From: Clostridium sp. CAG:780
GTDB lineage: Bacteria > Bacillota > Clostridia > TANB77 > CAG-508
Length of the DNA stretch: 64,000 nucleotides
Assembly: GCA_000434195.1 (NCBI GenBank)
Contig: HF994458.1
Coordinates: 57,352-121,351, forward strand
Direction of reading: 5' to 3'
In this document: in pieces, positions 1 to 9,843 of the stretch
How positions within the stretch are numbered: position 1 is the stretch's first letter
Layout of the letters: each line of letters starts with the position of its first letter
Position numbers and translations under genes: made by a program
The notes under the pieces: generated by a model
The model's database searches: none
What the model was told of the DNA's origin: nothing
The model's input: the letters and a program-made list of their open reading frames with translations, nothing else

Positions 1-43
1 TTTGTTTTTCTCCCTTTTACCCAATAAACTGTTTTTGGGTTAT

Positions 44-1282
44 CTAAAATAGTTTAAATATGCCTATAATATTTATTAGTAACAATGCTATTAATATTGC
101 TACTATAAGTTTATTTGTTTTTGCCGTTTTTTCTATGTTTGAGTTCTTGTATAACACATCGTATTTTGCTTTTACTTGATTATACACCTCTCCTGTTTTT
201 AGGATTGTTCCCCACTCCTCTTCTAGCATACTTCCTGTATTATCATTAGTAGTTTCTTCAATCCATACTTTTTGTGTAAAATCTATGAATTTCTGCTTTG
301 TATCCTTAAATTTACCATTTTGTTTAAATTCATTGTTTATCTTTTTTAAGGTAATTTTTTTATATAGTTCATATATATAGTTGTATAGATATTGCCTTTC
401 GAATATGTGTGGCAATTTTGTGTAGTTTTCCGAATTTATATCAGCAGTCAACAAAATTGTTGCTATATTACTGCAGCCATATATTTCATATTTTGATTTT
501 TCTACTATCGTCATCTTTTGCTTTATTCCATTTGAATTGCTGTCTACTAAATTGTCTGCTCTTTCTACTTGTGCAAATTTATATAGTTCCTTTTCCAACA
601 ATTCCTCATTTGTTTTGTCGTTCCAATTTTCTTGGTCAATGCAGGCATACGAGTATGTTATAAATCTCTCTGTATCAAGATTTAATTCTTTTGCTCCTTT
701 GTTATTTCCTGTGATTTCTTTTATTAGTTCTGTTATTTCCTTCACATCATTAAACATATCAGTTTGTATCTTTATATTCTCATATCCTTTAAAGTCATAT
801 AATTTTGATTTTATATCTCTAAATTTGTAGTTAAAGTTACATACATCTGCTAAAGTATTTTCGCCTTCTAGCATTGTTTTGATTGTTAAGAAACAGATTC
901 CATTATTAAAGCAAATTACTTCTATTTTAGAAATATTAAAGAATATTCCATCTCTTTTTCCTGCTTTTCCTTGTATATCTTTGTTTAAATTGTATTCAAA
1001 AATCGCACAAGGGTATTTGCTAAGTACTGTTGCTTGCATGTCTCTGTCTAAGTTTTCGAATTTTGAAATTCTTAGTTTTGCAAAATCCATTGACCAGAAC
1101 ATTGTGTTTCTTACTTTTGGCAGAAAGTACTCATACAAATCCGCATCTTTTTCGCTTTCAAAGAACTTTATTTTATATTCTTTGCTACTTAATAATCTTT
1201 GCAAATATCTTACATAGTTTTTTTCATTTACTACATACGGATATATAAAATATGTATATTGATATTTGGTCTTTAGTTCCAT
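44..1282 (-). CDS. hypothetical protein with a single C-terminal transmembrane helix (412 aa)
   Basis: ORF 44..1429 trimmed to the ATG at 1282 (MELKTKYQ...). That ATG follows AAGGAGAAAGAG and avoids overlap with the upstream gene. Hydrophobic C-terminus LIVAILIALLLINIIGIF. No family recognised. Confidence 0.6.
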   Translation of the reverse strand: MELKTKYQYTYFIYPYVVNEKNYVRYLQRLLSSKEYKIKFFESEKDADLYEYFLPKVRNTMFWSMDFAKLRISKFENLDRDMQATVLSKYPCAIFEYNLNKDIQGKAGKRDGIFFNISKIEVICFNNGICFLTIKTMLEGENTLADVCNFNYKFRDIKSKLYDFKGYENIKIQTDMFNDVKEITELIKEITGNNKGAKELNLDTERFITYSYACIDQENWNDKTNEELLEKELYKFAQVERADNLVDSNSNGIKQKMTIVEKSKYEIYGCSNIATILLTADINSENYTKLPHIFERQYLYNYIYELYKKITLKKINNEFKQNGKFKDTKQKFIDFTQKVWIEETTNDNTGSMLEEEWGTILKTGEVYNQVKAKYDVLYKNSNIEKTAKTNKLIVAILIALLLINIIGIFKLF

Positions 1283-1296
1283 CTCTTTCTCCTTTT

Positions 1297-2811
1297 TTAT
1301 TTTGTATAGTATCCAGCATTGATATCTTCTGCTAAGTGCCATGTACCGATGAAGTCTACTATTGGATTGTTTTCTAGTGTGTATTTTGGTTCTACTACTG
1401 TTTCTCCTTTTGAGTTGATTGCTCCCCACTTTCCGTCTTTTTTTACTGCAACATATCCTGAATCATTTTGTTCTGTTGCATCATCATATATGTAGTTAAT
1501 AACTACTACATTGTTTTGATCCACATAACCATATTTCCCGTCTTGTTTTGACAAGAATAGTGTATTTCCTGTTAATATTTCTGTATTTTTCTTTTCTTCA
1601 AATTGGAAATTATAATACTTGTATTCTGAGTTTACTCTAATCTTCATATATCCTTTGTTTGTATTTATTTCAGATACAATTCCTGATAATCTTAGATTAA
1701 AGTTTCTGTCAAATAAATCTGTTTCTATCTTATCAGATGTTCCCTCTATCATGTCTGCTGTTTTGATATATGTTAGATTCTTGTATGTGAAGTCTATTTT
1801 TACTATATTTTTAGCATCTATTACTCCAAATCCAGAGTCTTTTTCTGCTATATAATAATTTTGGAACACACTCTTCAAGCTCTTGTATTCAGTTGGTATT
1901 ATTTCTGTTCCTTTTGCATCTATAACCCCAAAGTTGTTGTCTTTTTTTACTATTATATAACCATTGCCATCTATTGCTGTTGCATCATCATAATTTAGCG
2001 ATGTTGTTTCTTTTCCATCACTTATTATTTTCCAATCGCCATCTTTTTTTGCTATATAAGTATTGTTTGAATATATATTCTTTATATCATCATATTCAAT
2101 TTTTAGTAATTCTTTTTTGTTTGTTCCTATTACTCCTAGTTTTCCATTTTCATCTTTTACTATGTAGCCATCTTCGTATTTATCTGTTAACGTTGTTATG
2201 CTCGCATAACTGTTATCTATTATTTGTGCTCCTATTGTACTTACAAGTCCTTCTTTACCATCTTTTTTTGTTACTAAACTATTGTTAGCTCCTATTATTG
2301 GTTCTATGCTATCATACTGACAATCTAATAACACTTTTCCTGATAAATCAATTAGTCCATATTTTCCATCTTTTTTTACTCTTAGGCATCCTTTTTCATA
2401 CCATATATTGTTTTGCTTATCATAATTTTGGATTGTTTCAACTTGCTCATATTCACTAAATAGTTGCTCGTTTTTTGCATTTACCGCTTTGGTTTTGTAT
2501 GCTCCAGTCGCATAGTCAACGTCATAAGTCACTATAAACACTGCTTTTTCTTTATCTGGTACAACGATCATTTCATCATAACTTGGAGTAATAGCCGTTT
2601 CTCCTGATGAGTTTATTATTCCCCATTTGTCATTTTCTAGTGCTGAGTAATATGCCAATGCTACTTTTTTCTCTTGTCTTGCGTTATTTGGTTTCATGAG
2701 TCTAGCTATTATGATTATAAACATTATAATTACTAATAATGCTATTACTGTTGCTATTACTTTTTTTATATTTAGCTTATGTTCCGGATTGTATCTCTTT
2801 CCTCTTCCCAT
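1297..2811 (-). CDS. WG-repeat (KWG-type) protein with N-terminal membrane anchor
   Basis: Repeated DGK(Y/W/E)G(L/Y/A)(I/V)D..G..(V/I) units: DGKYGLIDLSGKVLL, NNFGVIDAKGTEII, DGKYGYVDQNN, DGKWGAINSKGETVV. N-terminal TM VIATVIALLVIIMFIIII. GGAGAG RBS before the ATG at 2811. Confidence 0.75.
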   Translation of the reverse strand: MGRGKRYNPEHKLNIKKVIATVIALLVIIMFIIIIARLMKPNNARQEKKVALAYYSALENDKWGIINSSGETAITPSYDEMIVVPDKEKAVFIVTYDVDYATGAYKTKAVNAKNEQLFSEYEQVETIQNYDKQNNIWYEKGCLRVKKDGKYGLIDLSGKVLLDCQYDSIEPIIGANNSLVTKKDGKEGLVSTIGAQIIDNSYASITTLTDKYEDGYIVKDENGKLGVIGTNKKELLKIEYDDIKNIYSNNTYIAKKDGDWKIISDGKETTSLNYDDATAIDGNGYIIVKKDNNFGVIDAKGTEIIPTEYKSLKSVFQNYYIAEKDSGFGVIDAKNIVKIDFTYKNLTYIKTADMIEGTSDKIETDLFDRNFNLRLSGIVSEINTNKGYMKIRVNSEYKYYNFQFEEKKNTEILTGNTLFLSKQDGKYGYVDQNNVVVINYIYDDATEQNDSGYVAVKKDGKWGAINSKGETVVEPKYTLENNPIVDFIGTWHLAEDINAGYYTK

Positions 2812-2914
2812 AAAAATCTCTCCATTTTTGCTTATAGTTTTTCACGCTTATAATATATCACAAAGCAACATCAAATTACAATATGTTCACACAAAAAATA
2901 TAATAAATTTAGAC

Positions 2915-2943
2915 TTGCAATATTTTGATTTTAAGTGTATATT
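2915..2943 (+). promoter_or_regulatory. candidate sigma-A promoter for the glmS leader
   Basis: TTGCAA (2915-2920), 17-nt spacer, TATATT (2938-2943), about 60 nt upstream of the ribozyme. Confidence 0.4.
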
Positions 2944-3003
2944 ATACCATAGTTAAAGTTTTTCAAATTATTTAACATTTTAGAAAGGAGTTTGTTTATA
3001 TTT

Positions 3004-3160
3004 AGCGCCTGGACAATTTTTAAATTGTTGACGAGGAGGAGGTTTATCGAAAGACTCGGCGGATGCCTCCTGGCATAATTACTGTCATCAGTTTTTAGCT
3101 AAAAACTAATAGCAATATTAGAAAACAGAGGCTAATTACACGTAATTTAAATATTTTGAT
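3004..3160 (+). ncRNA. glmS leader: glmS ribozyme / GlcN6P riboswitch
   Basis: AGCGCC..GGAC...GACGAGGAGGAGGTTTATCGAAAGACTCGGCGGATGCCTCCTGGC matches the conserved glmS ribozyme core. It lies directly 5' of glmS. The 3' boundary is approximate. Confidence 0.85.
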
Positions 3161-3230
3161 TAACTTTCTTTAAACCATATGCTTTGCATACGGTATATTT
3201 TGCACACGCAATTTTAGAGGAGGTTTTTTT

Positions 3231-5075
3231 ATGTGTGGAATAGTTGGTTATGTTGGCGACAAAAAAGCCAAAGAAGTTTTAATAAATGGATTATTAAGTC
3301 TGGAGTACAGAGGATATGACTCTGCTGGGCTTGCTATTGTAGAAAATAATGAGATTGTTACTATGAAAGAAAAAGGTAGAGTTGCAAATCTAGAAGCTTT
3401 ACCTGGAATCGACAAATTAGAAGGAAATGTAGGTATTGCTCATACTAGATGGGCTACTCACGGAAAGCCTTCAAAAGAAAATGCTCACCCACAATTGGAT
3501 AATAGCAAGACTTTTGCAGTTGTCCATAATGGTATTATTGAAAATTATGCCGATTTAAAGAAATTTTTAAATGATAATGGATATACTTTCTCATCTCAAA
3601 CAGATACAGAAGTTATACCAAATTTAGTTCATCACTATTTTTCAAGTGATAAATCAGAAAACACTATCGAAAAGTTTTTAAGAGCTGTAAAAAATGCAAT
3701 ATCTGATTTAAGAGGAAGCTATGCTGTAGAAGTTTTATCTTCTCTATACCCAAACAACATTATTGTTGTTAGAAAAGACAGCCCATTAGTTCTAGGAAAA
3801 GGAAATGGAGAGAACTTTGTTTGTTCTGATATTCCTGGAATGCTTAGATATACAAAAGAGTTTTATCTTTTAGATGATAATGAATTTGCCCTAATTGGTA
3901 AGGACAAAATTAATTTTTACGACGCTAATTTAAATGTTCATAACAAAGAAGTAAAAAATATCGAATGGGATGCTTCTTCTGCTGAAAAAAATGGTTATGA
4001 AGATTATATGTTGAAAGAAATTTTTGAACAACCAACAGCTATAAGAGAAACTATCGGTTCTCGTTTTAAACTAGGGGAAAATTGTTCTTTTGATGATATA
4101 GAAATTTCTAGTGAATATCTAAAAACTATAAATAAAATATTTATAGTTGCTTGTGGTACAGCTATGCATGCTGGTCTTGTTGGTAAAGCTGTTATTGAAA
4201 AGCTTTGCAGAATTCCTACTGAAGTTGATATTGCATCTGAATTTAGATATAGAAATCCTATTATTGACGAAAAAACGTTATGTATTTTTGTAAGTCAGTC
4301 TGGAGAAACAGCTGATACAATCGCAGCTTTAAAACTTTCAAAATCAAAAGGTGCAAGAACACTTGCTGTTTCTAATGTTATTGGAAGTAGCATAACAAGA
4401 GAAGCTGATTACACAATTTATACACATGCAGGTCCAGAAATTGCAGTAGCTTCAACTAAAGCTTATACTTCACAAGTTTGCTTACTTACAATTTTAGGAA
4501 TATATTTTGCGGAATTACTAAATTCTTATCCTAAAAAGGAACTTGAAGATCTAAAATCAGAACTTTTAGATTTGCCTTCTAAAATAGAATCAGTTTTAGG
4601 CAATTCAGAAAAAATAAAGGAATTTGCAAGTAAAGTATATACTCAAAAGGATATGTTCTTCTTAGGAAGAGGCAACGACTACAATGTTGCATTAGAGGGA
4701 TCTTTAAAATTAAAGGAAATTTCTTATATTCACTCAGAGGCTTATGCTGCTGGTGAATTGAAACACGGACCTATAGCACTTATAGAAAATGGAATAACTG
4801 TAATTGGAATAATTACAAATAAAGATTTAGTTGAAAAATCTATTAGTAATATTCAAGAGGTTATTACAAGAGGAGCTAAAACTTTGATAATTTCAAATCA
4901 AGTTCTTCCTAATAACAATTTCAGTTATGTTATAGACATTCCTTCAACAGACGAATTGATTTCGCCTATATTGTCTGTAATACCACTTCAACTTTTATCA
5001 TATTATATTTCTAAAAATAAAGGTTTAGATGTTGATAAGCCTAGAAACTTAGCAAAATCTGTAACAGTTGAATAA
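3231..5075 (+). CDS. glmS: glutamine--fructose-6-phosphate aminotransferase (isomerizing)
   Basis: N-terminal MCGIVGY nucleophile, two SIS domains, C-terminal KPRNLAKSVTVE. 614 aa. AGAGGAGG RBS. Confidence 0.97.
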   Translation: MCGIVGYVGDKKAKEVLINGLLSLEYRGYDSAGLAIVENNEIVTMKEKGRVANLEALPGIDKLEGNVGIAHTRWATHGKPSKENAHPQLDNSKTFAVVHNGIIENYADLKKFLNDNGYTFSSQTDTEVIPNLVHHYFSSDKSENTIEKFLRAVKNAISDLRGSYAVEVLSSLYPNNIIVVRKDSPLVLGKGNGENFVCSDIPGMLRYTKEFYLLDDNEFALIGKDKINFYDANLNVHNKEVKNIEWDASSAEKNGYEDYMLKEIFEQPTAIRETIGSRFKLGENCSFDDIEISSEYLKTINKIFIVACGTAMHAGLVGKAVIEKLCRIPTEVDIASEFRYRNPIIDEKTLCIFVSQSGETADTIAALKLSKSKGARTLAVSNVIGSSITREADYTIYTHAGPEIAVASTKAYTSQVCLLTILGIYFAELLNSYPKKELEDLKSELLDLPSKIESVLGNSEKIKEFASKVYTQKDMFFLGRGNDYNVALEGSLKLKEISYIHSEAYAAGELKHGPIALIENGITVIGIITNKDLVEKSISNIQEVITRGAKTLIISNQVLPNNNFSYVIDIPSTDELISPILSVIPLQLLSYYISKNKGLDVDKPRNLAKSVTVE

Positions 5076-5113
5076 AATTTTCGTCCAAGAGCAACTTTAC
5101 TCTTGGACGATTT

Positions 5114-5374
5114 TTATATAAATATTTTTAGTATTGCTAACAGTACAGCTCCTGGAATTCCTAGTATTCCTACAACTAGTGCTGTTATTACATTTATTCC
5201 TATATGGAACTGCCATAATGCTCCTACCAAGTTGATTATGTATAAAAGCACTACGCCTAATATCGAATTTATTATTAATTTACCAATAATTTTTATCGGA
5301 ACTATAAATACTTTCCCAACTATAATTATTCCTATAATGCAAGCTACATATATAGGTAACATTTTCACTTCCAT
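5114..5374 (-). CDS. bofA: BofA-family pro-sigma-K processing inhibitor
   Basis: 86-aa two-TM protein ending GINVITALVVGILGIPGAVLLAILK, typical of BofA. It sits next to a yaaL-like gene, as in Bacillus. Confidence 0.8.
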   Translation of the reverse strand: MEVKMLPIYVACIIGIIIVGKVFIVPIKIIGKLIINSILGVVLLYIINLVGALWQFHIGINVITALVVGILGIPGAVLLAILKIFI

Positions 5375-5438
5375 ATTAGAAATTCCCCCTTAAGTTTTTT
5401 CTATCACATTATATGTTCTAATATGGACAAATATTACT

Positions 5439-5675
5439 TTATGCTTCATATTTTATCTTTTCTACACTACTTAGTTCTATTTTCTTCTCTTTTGCTTCTT
5501 TTATTAAGTAATTTAGCTTTGCTTTGTTTGCTTTTATTTGATATAAATAATAATCTATTTGTTCCGGTTCTGCATATTCATAATTCTTAATGTTTGCATT
5601 TAATTCCATTTTTGTTTTTAGTATTGTCATTATTAAATCTTTATTTTCATTGTCTTCTTTGCTATTCCAAAACAT
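5439..5675 (-). CDS. YaaL-like small protein (DUF2508-like)
   Basis: 78-aa helical protein. ATG at 5675 is preceded by GAGGTG. The yaaL-bofA adjacency is conserved in spore formers. Confidence 0.55.
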   Translation of the reverse strand: MFWNSKEDNENKDLIMTILKTKMELNANIKNYEYAEPEQIDYYLYQIKANKAKLNYLIKEAKEKKIELSSVEKIKYEA

Positions 5676-5781
5676 AATATACACCTCATAAATATTATAT
5701 TAACATTTTGGAAATTTATTCATAATTTATCTAGTAAAAACTTCTTTGGTGTTGTATAATATTTTTGAGGAGAGATTTAAT

Positions 5782-5946
5782 ATGGATTATAAAGTTGGAG
5801 ATATTGTTGAAACAAAGAAAAAACACCCTTGTGGCAATAATAAATGGGAAATTACAAGAGTTGGAATCGACTTCAAATTAAAGTGTACCAAATGTGAACA
5901 TTGTATTACTTTAGAAAGACAAAAAGCTTTAAAAATTATAAAATAG
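5782..5946 (+). CDS. DUF951-family small protein
   Basis: MDYKVGDIVETKKKHPCGNNKWEITRVGIDFKLKCTKCEH, a Cys-rich motif typical of DUF951. GAGGAGAG RBS before the ATG at 5782. Confidence 0.7.
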   Translation: MDYKVGDIVETKKKHPCGNNKWEITRVGIDFKLKCTKCEHCITLERQKALKIIK

Positions 5947-5980
5947 TCTACAAATAGATTTTCTATTTGCAGACTATTTT

Positions 5981-6565
5981 TTATATATACTTTTCTATAA
6001 AATTCCATACCTTTTCGCTGTAAATTTTTCTTTCTGATGAAAATGGCATAAATGTAAGATCTTTTAGTGGATTTAATGAATTCTGTAAATCCTGTACAGC
6101 ATTATCTACTTTTGTAACCGCTATCTTGTCAGCTTTATTTGCAATTACTAAACAAGGTGAATTTGTATTAATTATATAATTATACATTAATCTATCATTT
6201 TGGCTTGGTTCGTGTCTAATGTCTATTAAGAATACTATCAGTGCAATTTTATCTGATTTTGATAAGTACTCTTCTATAAAACTTCCGACTCTTGCTTGTT
6301 CCTCTTTTGACATTTTACTATATCCATACCCTGGCAAATCTACAAAGTAAAACTTTTCATCAATATTATAAAAATTAATTTGTCTTGTTTTTCCTGGTTC
6401 ACTACTCGTTCTAGCTAGTTTTTTTCTATTTAACATTGAGTTAATAAAACTAGATTTTCCTACATTTGATTTTCCTACTAAAACAATTTGTGGTAGTTCA
6501 TTTTGAGGATATTGTGCTGGTTTAACAGCCGATATTTCGAATTTTGGATTTTTTACTATCATCAT
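5981..6565 (-). CDS. engB: ribosome biogenesis GTP-binding protein YsxC/EngB
   Basis: GKSNVGKSS P-loop, DLPGYGY, NKADK motifs. 194 aa. Confidence 0.9.
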   Translation of the reverse strand: MMIVKNPKFEISAVKPAQYPQNELPQIVLVGKSNVGKSSFINSMLNRKKLARTSSEPGKTRQINFYNIDEKFYFVDLPGYGYSKMSKEEQARVGSFIEEYLSKSDKIALIVFLIDIRHEPSQNDRLMYNYIINTNSPCLVIANKADKIAVTKVDNAVQDLQNSLNPLKDLTFMPFSSERKIYSEKVWNFIEKYI

Positions 6566-6574
6566 TTTCTCCTT

Positions 6575-7861
6575 TTATTTTTTTGGTGTTAGTATTTTTG
6601 TTCCACCCATATATGGCCATAAAACTTCTGGTATTGTGATGCTTCCATCTTCTTGGTAGTGATTTTCTAAGAATGCAATTAGCATACGAGGAGGAGCAAC
6701 TACTGTATTATTTAAAGTATGTGCATAATAGTTTCCTTTTTCTCCTTTTATACGAATTCCAAGTCTACGAGCTTGCGCATCTGTTAAATTAGAGCAACTT
6801 CCAACCTCAAAATATTTTTTCTGTCTTGGGCTCCAAGCTTCTACATCACAAGATTTTGCTTTTAAATCAGCTAAATCTCCACTGCAACATTCTAGCGTAC
6901 GAACTGGAATTTCCATACTTCTAAATAGTTCTACTGTATATCTCCATAACTTGTCGTACCAATTCCAGCTATCTTCTGGTTCACAAACAACTATCATTTC
7001 TTGCTTCTCGAATTGATGGATTCTATAAACTCCTCTTTCCTCTATTCCGTGAGAACCTTTTTCTTTTCTAAAGCAAGGAGAATATGATGTCATTGTATAT
7101 GGCATATTTTCTTTGTTTAATAGTTGACCTTTGAATTTTCCTATCATTGAGTGCTCTGATGTTCCAATTAGATATAAATCTTCGCCTTCAATTTTGTACA
7201 TCATTTCATCCATCTCTTTAAAGCTCATAACACCATCTACAACATCACTACGAATCATATATGGTGGTATGCAATAAGTAAATCCCTTATTTATCATAAA
7301 GTCTCTTGCATATGAAAGTATTGCTGAATGAAGTCTTGCTATATTACCCATTAGATAATAAAATCCATTTCCAGCTACTCTTCTTGCTGAATCCAAGTCG
7401 ATTCCATCAAGACTTTCCATTATGTCTGTATGATATGGAATTTCATATGATGGTACAACTGGATCTCCGAATTTTTCATTTTCTACATTCTCACTATCAT
7501 CTTTTCCAATTGGTACAGACTCGTGTATAATGTTCGGAATTTGCATCATTATTTTCTTTATTTTTCCTGCGTATTCTTCTTCTAGCTTTTCATTTTCAAC
7601 TAATTTTTGATTTATTTCTTTTACTTGCTCTTTTACACTTTCCGCTTCTTCTTTTTGACCATTTCTCATAAGGTTTCCTATTTGATCACTTAAAGAATTT
7701 CTTCGTGCTCTTAATTCATCGCCTTTGCATTTTACACTTCTGCTTTTTTCGTCTAGTTCAATAACTTCATCTACTAATGGAAGTTTTTCATCCTGAAATT
7801 TATTTTTTATGTTTTGTTTTACTATATCAGGATTTTCTCTTAAGAATTTAATGTCTATCAT
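6575..7861 (-). CDS. serS: serine--tRNA ligase
   Basis: N-terminal coiled-coil arm (MIDIKFLRENPD...) and class II core (FRKE..G..RG..R.HQF.K.E, TLNNT). Start moved to the ATG at 7861 behind AGGGGGA. Confidence 0.95.
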   Translation of the reverse strand: MIDIKFLRENPDIVKQNIKNKFQDEKLPLVDEVIELDEKSRSVKCKGDELRARRNSLSDQIGNLMRNGQKEEAESVKEQVKEINQKLVENEKLEEEYAGKIKKIMMQIPNIIHESVPIGKDDSENVENEKFGDPVVPSYEIPYHTDIMESLDGIDLDSARRVAGNGFYYLMGNIARLHSAILSYARDFMINKGFTYCIPPYMIRSDVVDGVMSFKEMDEMMYKIEGEDLYLIGTSEHSMIGKFKGQLLNKENMPYTMTSYSPCFRKEKGSHGIEERGVYRIHQFEKQEMIVVCEPEDSWNWYDKLWRYTVELFRSMEIPVRTLECCSGDLADLKAKSCDVEAWSPRQKKYFEVGSCSNLTDAQARRLGIRIKGEKGNYYAHTLNNTVVAPPRMLIAFLENHYQEDGSITIPEVLWPYMGGTKILTPKK

Positions 7862-7885
7862 AAAATTTCCCCCTTTAAATACCAA

Positions 7886-8125
7886 AAATCACCCTTATAA
7901 AACTATAAGGGCGATTTATTTTCGCGGTACCACCTTAATTTATAATACTTGTGATTTTTCATCACTAATATCCTAATCTCGTAAATGCTTATAACCTAGC
8001 ATCAATCGGTTAGCTTTCGCTAAAAGCTCTAAAAGTAGATTCACAAAATATTTTAAGCTATTTTCACCAACCATAGCCTCTCTTATAAAATTTAGATTGT
8101 TACTATTCTTTTATCAATCGCTTAT
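7886..8125 (-). promoter_or_regulatory. T-box leader (Ser) with intrinsic terminator
   Basis: Minus strand shows AGAGAG stem-I element, GTGAA-TCT-A candidate specifier (UCU Ser, 8037-8039), T-box AATTAAGGTGGTACCGCG, then terminator GCCCTTATAG..TATAAGGGTGATTTTT. It lies directly 5' of serS. Confidence 0.8.
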
Positions 8126-8174
8126 TAATATGTGTATATTATACAACCTTTTTATATTTTTGTAAAGCTTATTT

Positions 8175-9821
8175 TTATTTTACAAGTTTTAGTCTTTTTT
8201 CTACAGAGTCTTTTCCTAGTACTTGCATTATTTCGTATAAGTCTGGTGTGTTTCTTCTTTTTGTTAAAGCAACTCTTAGAACTGTACTAACGTCTCCTAC
8301 ATGTCCTGGCCAGTTTTCTGGATTTTGTTTGTATTCTTTTACTTCTCTTGCATATCCCAGTTCTTCTGCTAGGTCTTTTATTTTTCCAAACCAAGTTGTT
8401 TGGTCATCTGATAAATCAAAGTACTTTTCTAAATACAAATCTAATATTTTCTTAATTTCTTCTTTGTCATTTATTTTGTCAAATTCATATTCATCTGTGT
8501 TTGCAAAGAATTTATCGTCATACATATATTCTATACAATTTTTTACATCTGACCATTTAGAAATATCTCTACGTGGTTTTGCTTTTCCTCTTTCAATTCC
8601 TAATACTTTTAAAGAATATTCTTTGTTATTTAAAAGTTCTTCTAGTTCTTTATCAAATTCTTTTGCCCAAACTAAAGAGCTATCATAAACTTCTTGTGCT
8701 GTCATTTTTGATATTACATTTTTACCGATGTCTAATAATTTAACCATATCAAATAATGCACCGCTTACACTCATTTTGTTTAATTGGAAATCAAACTCTT
8801 CCATTGCTTTGTCTGGGTTTGCTTTTCTCCAATTTTCAAATGTCGAGTTTGCTATGTTTAGTAAATATTCTTTAACTGCATTTACAGGGATTCCTATTTC
8901 TCTATAATATCCTGCAGAAGCTTCTGAGTCTTTTCTTTTACTAATTTTACGTTTGTTACCATTGTCATTTTTTAATATTGTTGCTGTATGAGCATATCTA
9001 GGAGGTTTAAATCCTAGTTCTTGGAATAGTTGCAAATGCACTGGTACAGAAGATAGCCATTCATCTCCTCTTGTTACATGTGTTGTATGCATTAAGTGAT
9101 CATCCACAACATGTGCAAAGTGATATGTTGGAAGTCCGTCTGCCTTTATGATAACTATATCTTGATCATTTTCTGGCATTTCTACATTTCCTTTTATTAC
9201 ATCTTTATGTTTTATCTTTTTATCTTCTCTTCCTGGAGATTTAAATCTGATTATATATTTCTCTCCATTCTTTATTTTTTCAACAGCTTCTTCAACAGTT
9301 ATATTTCTGCATTTAGCCCAAACTCCATAGTATCCTGGTCTAACACCTGCTACTTCTTGTTTTGCTCTCATTTCTTCGCCATCTTCTGGAGTGCAGAAAC
9401 AAGGATATGCTTTTCCCATTTCAATCATATATTTTGCATAAGCTTGATATATTTCTTTTCTCATAGATTGTCTATATGGTCCATATTCTCCATACCATTC
9501 TGTTTCGGTTTTCATTCCTTCATTTGGCATAAGTTCAAAGTATTTTAAAGATTCTATAATATCTTTAATTCCATCTTTTACTTCTCTCTTTTGATCTGTG
9601 TCTTCCACTCTCATAAAGAATACACCATTAGTTCTTTTAGCAAGCATTGTTGCAATTAAGGCTTGATAAATTGTACCTATATGTACACTTCCTGTTGGAC
9701 TTGGTCCTATTCTTACAACCATAGCACCTTCTGGTAGATTTCTTTCAGGATATTTTTCCTCATAATATTTTATTGGTTTTGCATCTGGGAATATTAAATC
9801 CGCTAAATCTTTATAATCCAT
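8175..9821 (-). CDS. gltX: glutamate--tRNA ligase (long form)
   Basis: PSPTGSVHIGT (HIGH-like), RVEDTDQKR, KISKRK (KMSKS-like). 548 aa. It sits 22 bp downstream of rnj, so probably co-transcribed. Confidence 0.85.
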   Translation of the reverse strand: MDYKDLADLIFPDAKPIKYYEEKYPERNLPEGAMVVRIGPSPTGSVHIGTIYQALIATMLAKRTNGVFFMRVEDTDQKREVKDGIKDIIESLKYFELMPNEGMKTETEWYGEYGPYRQSMRKEIYQAYAKYMIEMGKAYPCFCTPEDGEEMRAKQEVAGVRPGYYGVWAKCRNITVEEAVEKIKNGEKYIIRFKSPGREDKKIKHKDVIKGNVEMPENDQDIVIIKADGLPTYHFAHVVDDHLMHTTHVTRGDEWLSSVPVHLQLFQELGFKPPRYAHTATILKNDNGNKRKISKRKDSEASAGYYREIGIPVNAVKEYLLNIANSTFENWRKANPDKAMEEFDFQLNKMSVSGALFDMVKLLDIGKNVISKMTAQEVYDSSLVWAKEFDKELEELLNNKEYSLKVLGIERGKAKPRRDISKWSDVKNCIEYMYDDKFFANTDEYEFDKINDKEEIKKILDLYLEKYFDLSDDQTTWFGKIKDLAEELGYAREVKEYKQNPENWPGHVGDVSTVLRVALTKRRNTPDLYEIMQVLGKDSVEKRLKLVK

Positions 9822-9843
9822 ATTTTTTCCTCTTTCTTATAAA

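Noticed and set aside
1283-1429. A 49-codon N-terminal extension of ORF 44..1429 that overlaps the 3' end of the WG-repeat gene.
   Set aside because: The extension is basic low-complexity sequence overlapping a better-supported gene. The internal ATG at 1282 has a clear AAGGAG-type RBS.
2986-3000. A 14-nt string AGGAGTTTGTTTAT shared between the glmS leader and the RBS region of the oxidoreductase operon (22630-22643).
   Set aside because: It is a single short match containing an RBS-like core, which is most likely coincidence in AT-rich DNA.
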